Shown piece after piece: positions 1-12,963 of a stretch of DNA of 64,000 nucleotides; within the stretch, counting starts at the first letter, position 1; each line of letters starts with the position of its first letter. Under the pieces are notes generated by a model. It saw only the letters and a program-made list of their open reading frames with translations. It was not told the DNA's origin and did no database searches. Made by a program: the position numbers and the translations under genes. The stretch comes from Octopus vulgaris (Eukaryota). The DNA lies in assembly GCA_951406725.2 (NCBI GenBank), contig OX597818.1, forward strand, positions 18,042,001 to 18,106,000, in the 5' to 3' direction.

Positions 1-554
1 TGCCAAATAAGGTCTTTAGAAGATTATTTACCCGGGGGTAGAAAAAATCAGGTTTGTTTTAGACATTTAATATATTTTGCAAACATTTGTTTAATCATAA
101 TTTAATATAACTTCCTCTAGACAAAAAAAAAAAATGGTAACAGATGCTAACAGCAAATATGGTAGCATTTGTATACGCCATCAAAGAAAAACAAAGATTT
201 TTATTAAAAAATAAAAGAGCAAATAAAAGAACATAAATGATAGCAACAGAACATTGTGAACTCTTTAACAAATGAAAAACTAAAAAAAGATTTAATAATA
301 TTAATAACTACTGCAACAATGGCAGCCTTGCTGGTGCTGTAAGCCAGAATGAAGTTTTAGATGAGTCAGCTACTAGAGAAAATGTGAGAGAGGTATGTCT
401 CAAAAGACAGTGTCAAGGATTTTATAACAGAAAGAATAAGGAGGAGTGTGATGTACCTGCTTACTTTTTTTTTTCTTTTCTAAAAACAGAACCAGTTTTC
501 ATATGCTACCAAAGGAGCAGATTATATAGAAATATTTGCTTGTCTTTGAAACCT

Positions 555-1000
555 AAGATGAGATGAGAGACAGAATTGGTGCACCTTACACCTGCCTGCT
601 GGCTGGTGCCTCAGCCAGAGATATTGATGTGGTTGTTGACTCTTGGCTCATCATCACTTTTGTAGTACAATATAGACTGATGGGGAACATTGAGGCAATA
701 GGCAATACACAAGTGGTTAGGTGGAGTCTGTGTATGCATGTTCTGGTGACAATCAAAGGTTATACATTCCAGAGGAATAAATTGTGGGAGCATGAATCCC
801 AGCTGCTAGAGATATGGGATTAAGAGCCTCTTGCAAGCTTTCTGCCCAGAAGAGTTGGAAGGGCAGAGGCTGATGGTAATGGACAGACAACAACAGATGC
901 AAGAACAGCAGTGAACCTCAGAAACTGATGTTTCTAGAGCCTTGCTCAGGACAACTTGGAGAATAGCAGAAGAAATAATCTCATCCTTGACATTAAGTAA
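555..1000 (+). pseudogene. possible highly decayed Tc1/maT-like transposase N-terminal remnant
   Basis: GC-richer island. Frameshifted translations (RDRIGA..LLAGASARDIDVVV; AARDMG; DNLENSRRNNLILDIK) loosely recall Tc1-family HTH regions. No TIRs found. Confidence 0.25.
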
Positions 1001-1621
1001 TCACAACCTGAGAAAATAAGGTATCTCTCTTCTCAGTATACAGAGTACACTACCTATAGCAACTTTACATTGTCAAGATTATGAAAAGAAAGTGAAGAAA
1101 GGAGCAAGATAATAAACAACCAAGAACAAACATTTGAAAGAAGGTTAACAAAAAGGAAAATGAATATGTTTTTCTATAAAACATGACAGAGGGCTAGTAG
1201 ACCTCAACAGGAAGAATCACCATCCAATTCTAATTTACATACAATTGATGATTCTTTGAGTAACCAAAGAATCTTGTTAAATAACTAGAAGACGGAAATA
1301 ATATGATGATAAAGGATGAGATAGGAAGTAACTGTGTGGTTAAGATTAACTCTTTTGATACCAGCCCAGTCGCAGCTGGCCGAAAATTTTTTTTTTTTTG
1401 CTCAAATGACAAATCCAGCTGTAGCCAGCCAAGCAAACCCATTGTTATTTGAATATGAATTTCAGCACAAATCTCATTAGTACATTCGTGAAAACACGTG
1501 ATTTCACTTTGTAAATAATCGAGTTATAGAATCCTACATTGTTTGATGTGATATCTAAACTGTGAATTTTGGGAGATTTTCTTCCACATTTTTTCTTCGG
1601 GGATTATTTTCAACGTTTAAA

Positions 1622-3471
1622 ATGGATAGGAGATTCATGTTATCAAGCAGTGATTCTGAATTTGAGGACTTTTCAACAGAAGATATGGAGAAATCGAGCA
1701 AAAGAATGAGTGAACAATAAATGCACGTGGTGTATGAAAATGAATTGGATATTTCTGTATTTGAATCTGAAAGCAGCGATTCTTAAGAAATTGAAAGTGG
1801 CGATAGCAACAGCGAGGACAATTTTACACTTGAATGGAGTATGAAGTTAAAAAATAATTTTATCAGCTATTTTTCTGAGGACACTGGATTTACTCATAGT
1901 CTTTCTCAGGAAGCGAAACTATTAGACATTTTTTTCTTATTTTTTCCAGTAAGCTTGTTTGAAGCAATCACTGTGGAAACAGACCGTTATGCAGAATGTA
2001 AACAAACTGGGAAAAAAGATAGCTTGTGATTTCCCACAAGCATAGAAGAAATACAGGCATTTTGGCCATAAATATTATGGGTATAAGAGAATTACAAATT
2101 ACTGGAGCAATCAGGTACCTTTTGGAGATCAGTATATTTCCAGTATTATGCCAAGGACACGATTTGCGAAATTAAACCAGTATTTACATATGAGAGACAC
2201 TTGCAGTACTCCAGTAAGTGGAGAACTAAACTGTTATCCCTTATTTAAAATAGGACCCTTCATCAACTGCATTCAAAATGCATATAAAACACTCTACAAC
2301 CCTGATAAATACCTATCCGTCGATGAGGGCATGGTAGGGTATGAAGGAAGGCTACACTTCCGACAATATATGCCAGGAAAGCTCACGAAGTGGGGGGGAT
2401 CAAAGTTTGGAAAATGTGTGAAGCAAATACTGGGTACTGCTGTGGGTTTAGTTTTTATACTGGGAAAAGAGGCAATAATGTTAGTCAGCATGGCCTAGAG
2501 TACAATGTGGTCTGGAATTTATCACTTCCATACTATAACTAGGGCCATATAATATTTTTTGACCGATTTTTTTAGTTCGGTCAAACTTGCAGTGGATTTA
2601 GAAGCTGTGGCAACATATATGTGTGCTACAGCAATTGCTAATAGAAAAGGGCTGCCGTTAGACATAAAATAAAAAAAATTTTTAAAAAAGAGGTGAAATA
2701 ATCCAATGGCAGAGATAAGGGGCAGATAAATTTTCTATCTACCGGTGCACAACCGTGTGTAGATGAAAATGGCATCCCGTTTGTGAACCTTGGTTATAAC
2801 AGGTACATGGGTGGTGTAGATCAGCTGAACCAAATGATGAGTTTATTATCCAGTTGGTAGACCGGGTAATAAATGGTGGTGATACCTGGTTTGGTATATA
2901 GTAAACATGAACATTGTAAATGCATTTATATTATTTACCAAATGAGGGGCTTCAAGCAGTGCAACCATATACAGTTCCAAGCAGATGTAGTAACGTATTT
3001 GAGGGTAAGTTATTCCTACAAAAAAATAACTGTAGGAAGGAAAAGCAAAACCTGCCAGAGGGATATCCATTTGAGTTCAGCTGATCTCCATAATTTTTTT
3101 AAAAATTGAGAGTTACAAAAGGCAGTGCTGTGAATGTCTATGTCAGTGCTTTTCAACTTTTTCCCGGAGCAGAACCCCAAGGAAACATTCCACTGGCTCG
3201 AGGAACCCCTGTGCAATAATTTAATAGTCTTATGCACACATATCTGCACAGGAGAATTAAAAATTACTGTCGATTTTAGCATTTTTGTAACTTCTTGCGG
3301 AACCCCTGGAATGTACTGGCGGAACCCTGGTTGAAAACCACTGGTCTACATCAACAAAGAAAAACTCCTAGAGGACGGACTGTTGAAACTTCTTTTCAAT
3401 GTGCATTCTGCAAGGTTGCAGTATGTAGAGTTGGATGTTTTACAAGTTTCCATAACAGAAATATTGTGTGA
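1622..3471 (+). pseudogene. piggyBac transposase pseudogene (stops, frameshifts, MITE insertion)
   Basis: Acidic N-terminus (MDRRFMLSSSDSEFEDFSTED). Catalytic motifs LSVDEGMVGYEGRLHFRQYMPGKLTKWG, IFFDRFF and YNRYMGGVDQLNQ. C-terminal Cys-rich domain CCECL...CAFCKVAVCRVGCFTSFH, stop at 3469-3471. Confidence 0.92.
3144..3343. mobile_element. hAT/Charlie-type MITE nested in the piggyBac transposase
   Basis: TIRs CAGTGCTTTTCAAC / GTTGAAAACCACTG. 8-bp TSD GTCTATGT (3136-3143) / GTCTACAT (3344-3351). Confidence 0.85.
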
Positions 3472-4622
3472 ATATTGTATATATTTATGATTAGATTGCA
3501 TGAATATTTTCCAAATTCATCTTGGTTTTACTTTTTATTCACCTGTAATTTTAATTTGCTTGTAAGGTGAGTGACAAGTTTTGATTTAATTTCTTCTATT
3601 GTAAATCTTTATTATATATGTTCTTATGTTTTCATTTATGTGTGTAAATTTATTTAGTTAATGCATTTAATTTTCTAGTTTTCTTCAAAAACAAATTTCA
3701 GTATTTCATTTATCTGTTCTTATGAGCATTAAATTCAACTGATAATCTAGTGATGTGCACAATTCTTCTATATCAAAATTTTGTTGCATACCTCAATTAA
3801 ATATTAGCTGATAACTCATTTTCTATGGTGATGTTTAAACAAAATTTAAATATTTTTATATTTTGCTGAGTTTACCTGTAATTAGAGTCGCTTTGAGACA
3901 AAAGTTAGGCAATAGAATTGATTAAGAACCTTTTCTTCAATTGTATTCCAAAAGTCACATTGATATGTTGATAAGTAAGAAAGTTACAGTTGTTTAATGA
4001 AACTAGTCTAAATTCATGATCATTTTATAATTTAATTGAAACTCATAAAGGGTGTGTTTTGGTTAGAAATATAGTAATGAAAGAGTTAATGGCTTGTGAG
4101 TGAATTTGGTAGGCTGAAATTGTGCAGAAACTCATGTATATATATATATATTTATATACACACACACACATAATATGGTAAATGATCTCACATCACAAGG
4201 TGTACTTAAAGACGAGGTGCAAGGCAGAATTACATAACAGTTTTAATGCTACATAATACAGATTGCATGCATTTTTTTAAAAAAATGTTAAAAACCAAAC
4301 AATGTCCCCATGTGTTTGAGAGAGAGAGAGAGAGAGAGAGAACAAAATACAACATAAGCATTTAGGGGTGTGGTAATGAAAGCTAGATGTACACTGTCTG
4401 GTAATTTCCCATAGCAAGCCCACATTATATATGACATAATTGCACCCCAAAGATTAGAAATCCTTTTCAAATTACAAAAATATTTTGTCCTTGATCAGTT
4501 ACTGGCACACTGAAAAGCTTGTCAAACCCACAATAAAAATTAAATGTTCACATATTTAAGACAGTACTGTTGTTGTTATACATACTACAAATTAAAAAAA
4601 TGCTAAATCTCACCCAAAAACC

Positions 4623-4861
4623 TATTTCTTTATTACCCACAAGGGGCTAAACATAGAGGGGACAAACAAGGACAGACATAGGTATTAAGTCGATTACATC
4701 GACCCCAGTGCGTAACTGGTGCTTAATTTATCGACCCCGAAAGGATGAAAGGCAAAGTTGACCTCGGCGGAATTTGAACTCACAACGTAACGAAACGACA
4801 GACGAAATACCGCTAAGCATTTCGCCCGGCGCGCTAACGTTTCTGCCAGCTCGCCGCCTTT
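4623..4861 (-). mobile_element. young tRNA-derived SINE (family A)
   Basis: Minus strand has a GGCGGCGAGCTGGCAGAA head, B-box GAGTTCAAATTCC and core CCTTTCATCCTTTCGGGGTCGATAAA. Perfect 15-bp TSD TCTCACCCAAAAACC (4608-4622, 4862-4876). CpGs retained. Confidence 0.9.
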
Positions 4862-5749
4862 TCTCACCCAAAAACCATTTAAATGATTACCAAAAATTCA
4901 ACCACCAACATTCCACAACTTCTGTAACATATATATGTATAATGTTCTTCTTTGCTTCTGCTCCCTTAAAATAATAATTTACATGTTATCTCCATTCAAG
5001 TCTGCCTACTGAACAAACCTGTCTCCCCTCCTTTTATCATCCTCACTGAGCATTTTCACACCAGTTTCCTACAACAAAACTACTTTCATAAACATTCCTC
5101 TCCAATGACCTTTCTACCTATGATTCTCTACCAGTGATTGACTTATAGGTGTTCAAACTAACCATCAAACTCAACAGGCGGTGGTAAATTGACAGTGCTG
5201 CTAGAGTACAAGATAAAATGCCTTGTGCTATATGTTCAGGTTCTTGGCACTGTGAGTTCAAATCCAGTAAGTTCAGCTTTATCTTTCATAATTTCAAGGT
5301 CTCAAAAATAAGCAACCATTCAGAGGAGGTTGAATTGCAGAGTTTCAAGAGCATTGGGTAAGATGCCTTGCTGTATTTATTTCAGATCTTTGTGTTCTGA
5401 ATTCTTGGGTGGTAGGCTCAGTTTCCAGTTTCAGGATAAATGCCTTGATTCCTCACACCAGTTTTGGGGGCCATGAAAAGATAAAAAGGTCCCAAGTACT
5501 ATTCCCTCCCTCCTTGACTAAACATTAAAAAAAGATAATAATGAAAATAATAATTACACTGCCAGGGAAGACCTACAAAAGTCATCAAGAATATTACTCT
5601 TTCTTCTTTGAGTAATAAATAAAAAAAAATATTCAATTGGTAGAGTGCATTTCCCAGCATGCATCATATTAGGAAATATAGACAGTGACTATTATTACCC
5701 TGTTACAGGGATCCTCACGCAATACAGCATCTCATTCTGCTGTGTACAG

Positions 5750-5907
5750 CAGGCATGGGCAACCTTTCTCAAGAAGTGGGGGAACATGAGACATGGCTTG
5801 TTATCAGGTGGGTTGCACTACTAAAAACAATTTCATGTAATTTGTCATGGGTGTACCATTCAGAAAGTCCTATAGGCCACATGCAGCCTGCAGTTCACCC
5901 ATAACTG
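5750..5907. mobile_element. hAT-type MITE
   Basis: Termini CAGGCATGGG / CCCATAACTG. Left 8-mer GTGTACAG; the right copy reads GTGTAAAG once the downstream TTAA MITEs are removed. Confidence 0.6.
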
Positions 5908-5913
5908 GTGTAA

Positions 5914-6353
5914 CTCTTTAGCATTTAAACCGGCCATATCCGGCCCAAAATATTCTCCCTTTTTATGTTCAAACAGGCAGCTCCAACCTATCACACCTAC
6001 CCTTCATTGCCATTCTAAAACTATACTATTTTATCATCAACATTTCAAAGCTACAAAATAATGCATGATTAACAAAAAACAATGCAAATGAAAAAGCATT
6101 GAATTTAACAGAATACGAATGCTAAAAGGTTAACCCTTTAGTGTTTAAACCGGCCATATCTGGCCCAAATATTCGATATGTTTTATATTCAAACTGGCTA
6201 GATCTGGCCTCTCACACCTAACCTACATTGACATTCTAAAAATAAACAATCACATTATTGAGATCTCAAAGCTACAAGATAATGCATGATTAATTCAAAA
6301 CAATGTGAATAAATAAGTATTACATTTAACAGAGTAATCTGAACACTAAAGGG
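5914..6353 (+). mobile_element. two tandem piggyBac-type (TTAA) MITEs, 5914-6129 and 6134-6353
   Basis: Two ~220-bp homologous units with CYCTTTAG...CTAAARGG termini sharing TTAA at 6130-6133. TTAA at 6354-6357, GTAA at 5910-5913. Confidence 0.85.
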
Positions 6354-7456
6354 TTAAAGGTATATACAGCCAATATACAGTATCACTACATTTGATAATT
6401 TATATATTTTTGTCAATTTCTGGTACTAACCATCAACTGTAATTAAACCCATGCTAAAAACCTGAAGCTAGAGGAAAAACAAATTGTGTCATTGTTCTAT
6501 AATTAGAACTAGGTTAGTTCTGACAGAGAAGGCCTGTGATAGGTGCATGATTGATGATATAATTATGATGTTACACATGTCATGTCACAACAAATGAAAC
6601 ACATACCTACTTTAACATTTCTGAATACCTAGATATACATGGCTGCATACAGATACCTATACAAACACACACTCCATATGCACACAAAACATTTCCTCTC
6701 ATGCATGTATACATTTCTACATACCCATAAACAAAATATTCATTTTTCACTTTCTCTTTCTCTCTCTCACACACTTACACAAACAAATGCAGAAATACTT
6801 CCCACAAAAACATACACACACACATAGTCCCTTTATCTTTCATGCATCAACACAGACACACGTGCTTATACAGCTATTGTCACATGCATGAAAACATAAA
6901 GCCGCACACAAAAACAGCTCAATCAACACACATTTTCCGCCTTTGTCCATCTTTCTCTTCCTCACACAAACACACAACTGCAAACAGACACATGATCTCT
7001 ACCTTTCTCTATCACACACATTCTCTCGCCCCTCCATATGCAGCCAAACACCATCACACCCATAAGAACCCCCACCACCACCACCACCACCATCACACAC
7101 ATGCGGTAGTGGAGGAACTTCTATGTGATCACTAAACCTACTAGAAATAGTAGCCAAATATCCCTGACATTGTGACTTACTGGCTTGAACAAAGAAAGGA
7201 TACATTGAATAATGCAGTCAGAAACACATTCCTAAAAAAGGCAAAATGGCCATTGCTGGAATGCCTTCATAGATCTGGTCAATCTCGGTATAAATAACAT
7301 CCCAAACACATTCATTCTCTCTTTTTTTCACTATCAAACCCATACAAACCACTTACATAAAATAAAATAAAAAGTACATAACTTGATCTCGCTTTTTTTT
7401 TCCCTTTCCCATCCGACATCGAAGTCCCATGTAAACCCTTACAGTGCCATACTTAC

Positions 7457-7607
7457 ATGACATTTTCCTACAGTTACAATTGTAAGGAACAAAGGGGTCA
7501 GCTTGTTTCCAGAGTTTAGAATAATCCAGCAACTCTTATCAGCAATAAGGAACACAGTTAGGGAAGAGTATAATTATTTCTGAAACGCTTCTTGGCTTCT
7601 GTCAAAT
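7457..7607 (-). other. candidate host-gene exon
   Basis: Non-repetitive. Acceptor TTTCTTTCTATTTCAG ends at 7608, donor GTAAGT at 7456-7451. Either a terminal coding piece (D)LTEAKKRFRNNYTLP* or a 5'UTR exon ending GAAA ATG TCA T. Confidence 0.35.
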
Positions 7608-7666
7608 CTGAAATAGAAAGAAACTGTAAGTAAACAATGTGTGTGCATGCATGCACATGTGTGTAT

Positions 7667-7723
<57 letters not shown>

Positions 7724-8862
7724 AAATATAAAATAATGAAGGTGGTTAGATGCAATATAAAACTAAAAAGGAAAAATTCAACTGTCACTAATAGTGACAC
7801 ACACACATATATATACATAAAAAGTTTCTCATCTAAAATGGATACAATTAGTACCATTCCCAAAGGAATTACTTGAAAATTGTGGAAATCATTTTCTACA
7901 TGAAACCATTGGTAGCATAGTTAATCCACATGCAAAGAATATTTATCCACCAAGTGTAGTGTTGCGCCTTCATTCTCACTGTTCAATACTAGCATACACA
8001 CACACACACGTATACATATATACACATATGCACAAATACATATAAACACACACACACACACACACACACTTATTCCTTTTTACAAGAAAAAGGTTGATAA
8101 TGATTTTGAATTTTCAGTTTGCTGATTGTTAATCAGAATGTCTGGAAACTTTTTACTTGTAATAATAAACATGTACCATATTAAAAGTATAAACAGTGCA
8201 TCAACCAACAGCTTGGCAGTAGTTTGGCATGCTAAGACCCACAACATAAAGTATCTTAATCAAAAGCAAATAAAAGCTGGCCATCAGGAAGAGGATCTAG
8301 CTGTATAATACTGCTTCTAGAAATCTTGTCTAATTCATACCAGTATGGATAAAGCTAACATAAAAATGATGATGATGGTGATGATGATGATTGTTTGTTT
8401 TAACACAGAAGTAGTTCAGCCCACTGCCTATCACAGTCAGTCAAGCAAAGCTAGTTCCAAGATACATCTACATATGGGTTTGTAATAATGGTTATCACAT
8501 GCACACAAACACAAACTGAAATATAACTTTATCGGTTTCAAAACTTAACTGTATATGTGTAGGAAAGAGATGAGGGGGGAACGAGAGAGAGAGAGAGAGA
8601 AAGAGACAGAAACATGTGCATATGCATGTAAAAGACTGAGCACAAACATGTGTATGCATGTGTAGATAGATATATGCACACACAGATATATATATATATA
8701 TATATATATACAAATATGAGAGAGAATCCACTATGTGGACGCTCTTACGCTAGAGATAGATCCGCAAGGGTCTCAACCACTAAGAATTGTTCTCAAGAAA
8801 AATTTAGCACACTATGAACGTAAGCGAGCAGGACAAATGAAAAATAACAAAAATATAGATTA

Positions 8863-8939
8863 ACCCCATACAATTGTTTCACTGTTAATAAATTATGCAA
8901 TTTTACTTACATAATTAATCCTCAGATCATCAGTGAGGT
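8863..8939 (-). ncRNA. type I hammerhead ribozyme motif (Penelope/retrozyme-like)
   Basis: Stem I ACCTCA/TGGGGT, core CTGATGA, stem II CTG..AATTATGTAA/TTGCATAATT..CAG, GAAA, palindromic stem III ACAATTGT, GUA triplet. Lies in a CpG-rich ~300-bp unit (about 8725-9020) next to (TA)n/(GA)n. Confidence 0.75.
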
Positions 8940-9319
8940 ACGTCATAAAATATAATTTGTCAAACTGCACGCTAGATATTAACATGAGGTCAAAAATACG
9001 AGCAGTTCGGCCTATTATATTCACAACACACACACAGGCATGTCTGTGGTTAGAAGCTTGCTTCCAAACGCTATGGTTTCATGTTCTGCCCCACTGTGAG
9101 TGGATTTGGTAGGTGAAAACTGAAAGAAACCTGTTGTGTATTCGTGTATGCTTGCATCCCTGTGTGTGTGTGTTACTGTTTCCTTGCCTTGACACTACAT
9201 GATGTCTGGTCATGGGGAAATAGTACCTTGCCAAGAAACAGGTGTGGGTTGGATCTGCCTCAACAAAATTCCATCTGACTAGGCAAGTATGGAAAAATGA
9301 ACATTAAACCAATGATCAT

Positions 9320-9359
<40 letters not shown>

Positions 9360-9362
<3 letters not shown>

Positions 9363-9600
9363 TTATTTCTATTCCTGAGTGCCATACTAATACATTGCTT
9401 GTTTGTACTCCACCTGCCTTCGTCTTTTGTTTATTTTCGTAAACCTGCTCATTATACATATATATATAGTGTCTTTATTCTGTCTCTGTTTATCTCCTCA
9501 TATTCCTTTCTGTTAAAGAGCATAGGCTCGAAATGTAAAAGACTTTTACACTTTCCCAAGCATCAAACTAATACACCTGCTTGTTGTTCATATACCAACT
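9360..9600 (+). mobile_element. short (TA)n-flanked repeat with decayed hammerhead-like motif
   Basis: CTTT CTGTTAA A GAGC ATAG GCTC GAAA TG TA AAAG near 9505-9541. A homologous copy lies in the opposite orientation near 21485-21620. Confidence 0.55.
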
Positions 9601-10447
9601 TTTGATTAACCAAAGAATGATTAATTATATTTAGATTAGTTATTAAAGGAGCACTCCACCAATCCAAGGCATGTATATCAAAATAACCCTCACAGAATGA
9701 AATAACAATAATTTTAATTGAGGAAAAGATAAATCAAACTAATGTTATGTATGTTTTGGTAACCAAATTACATACTAAGTTGCACAATTTATGTAATAAA
9801 TTTACAGTTCATTCACTTCCTCAGGCTATAATTTGATTCACAATCAAATTATGAAATAAACTTGCAACTGTAGATTTTCACTGTTTTACAGATGTGTCCA
9901 ACAGAAAATACTTGCATCATGTTAAATTTATATTTGTATATATTTTACAACCAATATATTACTGGGTGCAGAAGTGGCTCTGTGGTTAAGAAGTTTGCTT
10001 CCCAATCACATGGTTTCATGTGTGTAGCTCCTTGGGCAAATGTCTGCTACTATAGCTCTGGGCTGATCAAAGACTTGTGAGTAGATTTCGTAGTCAGAGA
10101 GAGAGGGGGGGAGAGACAGACAGAGGTGGGAGCTAAGAAGAGCTTAATATTGTTATGGGCATACAGAAATCACGGCTAGAATTGAAATATTATAAAGCAA
10201 GCCACTAAACACAGAGGAAAGGAAACCCAGTTTGAAACTGGGCAGGTTCGTGCAGCAGTTCTTGTGGTCAAGCGGTAAGGTTATGAGTTCAATCCCCTTT
10301 AAAGGCAGCATTTACATAACAGCCGAAGGACAGCTAGGAGTCCCTGCCTAGGTGGGCCTATCTCCTTATGAGTGTCAGAAGCAAACAGACTAAAACACTG
10401 AAGATTTCTCCAGCTGTCTGCTCAGCCAGTTGCAAGTTTCCACTTAT

Positions 10448-10479
<32 letters not shown>

Positions 10480-11401
10480 TGAGAGAAGGAAGAAAGTGTG
10501 TGTATTTGTGTTTCCTTGACCCTTTCAGATTGTTGTGTCATTTGTTTTTAAAATTTTGTGAAAACATGTCAGGCCATGGGAAAATGTTACCTTGCCTGGA
10601 AACAGGAAGGACATTCAGCTGTACAAATATCTGCCTCAGTAAACTCCATGTGCCCCATGTATGCAAGTAAAAGCGGATATTAAAATGATGGTGATTGTGA
10701 AAGTAGACAGACAGAGAGAGAGATAGCCAAAGCCAATGGTTTAGTTTGTGATACTCTGAGTTTCTTACTTGTCTCTGTCCATTTGTTATCTGTATTCTTG
10801 TATCTGTTTGTTATACGAATGAATGCATACAAGTGAGAAACTTGTAGTTACTATGAGTTGAATCATTAGCTTTTGAATGAATGAATACACTCAACTATTA
10901 GATCTGTATTTGCATGTACATACATGTGTTTAGCTGTCTTTGTATGTAAATGTGGCTTGCATCTGTGTGACTGTGTAATCCCAAGAAACAATAAAACTGT
11001 TTGCATAATAATAGCAATGCCCTCCTCCAGCAACACCACAAACAAGAAAGAAAGAGAAAAGAGACAGTAAGAGACCTACAGCAACGTTTTTCCCTGTGTG
11101 ATTTAATAATAAAAAGTCTCAAAAGTATTGTATTGAAAAGCAAAAATTTCAAAAGACTTGGAGGCAGAAATTATAAACAGAACTTTAAAATATAATCAAA
11201 GTCAAATAAAACTAAAAAGAAAAAAAGACTACTTTTTATTGATATAGTTTGAGTAGTTGTTTTTGCTTTAATTTTTTTTGCTTTTTTTTTATATTGATAA
11301 TCTTTGATCAATAGCAGATTATACAATCCAAGAAAGAAAAACCTGTTCTTCCTGCTTATCGAGTTTTCTTTTAATTTATAACAGATTAAACACCATCTGT
11401 A

Positions 11402-11466
11402 TTATATATGTATGTGTGTGTGTGTGTGTGTATACATGTACATATATATAGATAGATAGATATATG

Positions 11467-11509
<43 letters not shown>

Positions 11510-11816
11510 ATATATATACATATATAGATATATATATGTATATACATGTATATATATACATATATAGATATATATATGTATGTATATATATATACATGTA
11601 TATATATATATATACATATATAGATATATATGTATATATATACATGTATATATATACATATTTAGATATATATATGTATATATATATATACATGTATATA
11701 TATACATATTTAGATATATATATGTATATATATATACATGTATATATATACATATTTAGATATATATATGTATATATATATACATGTATATATATACATA
11801 TTTAGATATATATATG

Positions 11817-11850
<34 letters not shown>

Positions 11851-11857
11851 CATATTT

Positions 11858-11893
<36 letters not shown>

Positions 11894-12209
11894 TATCATC
11901 TATATATACATTCGTTAATCGTTCTCCATGCTAGCATGGGTATACGGTTCGACCGGGTTCTGGAAGCCATATGCTGCACCAGGCTCCAGTCTAAATTTGG
12001 CAATGTTTCTACAGCTGGATGCCCTTCCTAACGCCAACCACTCCGTGAGTGTAGTGGGTGCTTTTACGTGCCACCTGCACATATATATACATATTTAGAT
12101 ATATATATATGTATATATATATACATGTATATATATACATATTTAGATATATATATGTATATATATATACATGTATATATATACATATGTATATATATAC
12201 ATATACATA

Positions 12210-12278
<69 letters not shown>

Positions 12279-12307
12279 ATACATATACATATATATATAT
12301 ACATATA

Positions 12308-12338
<31 letters not shown>

Positions 12339-12344
12339 CATGTA

Positions 12345-12406
<62 letters not shown>

Positions 12407-12418
12407 GTATATAACATG

Positions 12419-12449
<31 letters not shown>

Positions 12450-12461
12450 ATATATATATAC
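11402..12461. repeat. compound (TA)n/(TATACATG)/(TATTTAGA) microsatellite interrupted by a SINE fragment
   Basis: Direct reading. Source of the YI-rich artefact ORFs. Confidence 0.95.
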
Positions 12462-12700
12462 ATCATCATCATCATCATCATCATCGTTTAACGTCCGTTT
12501 TCCGCGCTAGCACGGGTTGGACGGTTTCGACCGGGGTCTGGGGAGCTAGGGACTGCCCCAGGCTCCAGTCTAGTCTGGCAGTGTTTCTACAGCTGGATGC
12601 CCTTCCTAACGCCAACCACTCCGCGAGTGTAGTGGGTGTTTTTACGTGCCACCTGCACGGGTGCCAGAGGGGTCTGGCATCGGCCACTTTCGGATGGTGC
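12462..12700 (-). mobile_element. SINE family D with (GAT)n tail; sister fragment at 11892-12080
   Basis: (CAT)n followed by CGTTTAACGTCCGTTTTCC...CAGCTGGATGCCCTTCCTAACGCCAACCACTCC. Homologs near 14770-15045, 19250-19440, 22130-22418, 51840-52085, 55630-55930 and 56930-57090. Confidence 0.8.
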
Positions 12701-12963
12701 TTTTTTTATTATGTGGGGGGGGGGCAGAAATATAGGGGAGCACCAGTGGGGAGGGGTGGTTCAGAGGAATGATGACAGGTTCTTAGGCAAGTAGAACGTA
12801 GGATAGAGGGTAATGCATGGTGAAAATAGCGTATTGAGGAGGGGGCATTCGAAGAGTAGACACCTATAATGGTGGTGGGAGAAACAACATCCGGTATAGA
12901 TGGAGCAAAAATATAGAGATATCCGGTATTGGTGGTGGGGGTGGGCAGGGTGGGTGCACCGCG

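Larger units (their letters stand above)
1350..4085 (+). mobile_element. full-length decayed piggyBac DNA transposon
   Basis: TTAA at 1346-1349 and 4086-4089. Terminal inverted repeats CTCTTTTGATACC / AGTAATGAAAGAG (9 of 13 match). Internal transposase remnant. Confidence 0.9.

Noticed and set aside
590-1007. Minus-strand coding exon downstream of the 7457 donor (acceptor TTTTCTCAG at 1008)
   Set aside because: All three frames hit early stops; joining gives only a 22-residue peptide.
4774-4861. tRNA gene calls from A/B boxes (here and in other SINE heads)
   Set aside because: The boxes are embedded in multi-copy SINEs with cores, tails and TSDs; no complete cloverleaf.
7495-7550. Hammerhead-like CTGATAA..GAAAC on the minus strand
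   Set aside because: Core mismatch, offset stem II, no UH triplet and no stem I; likely chance.
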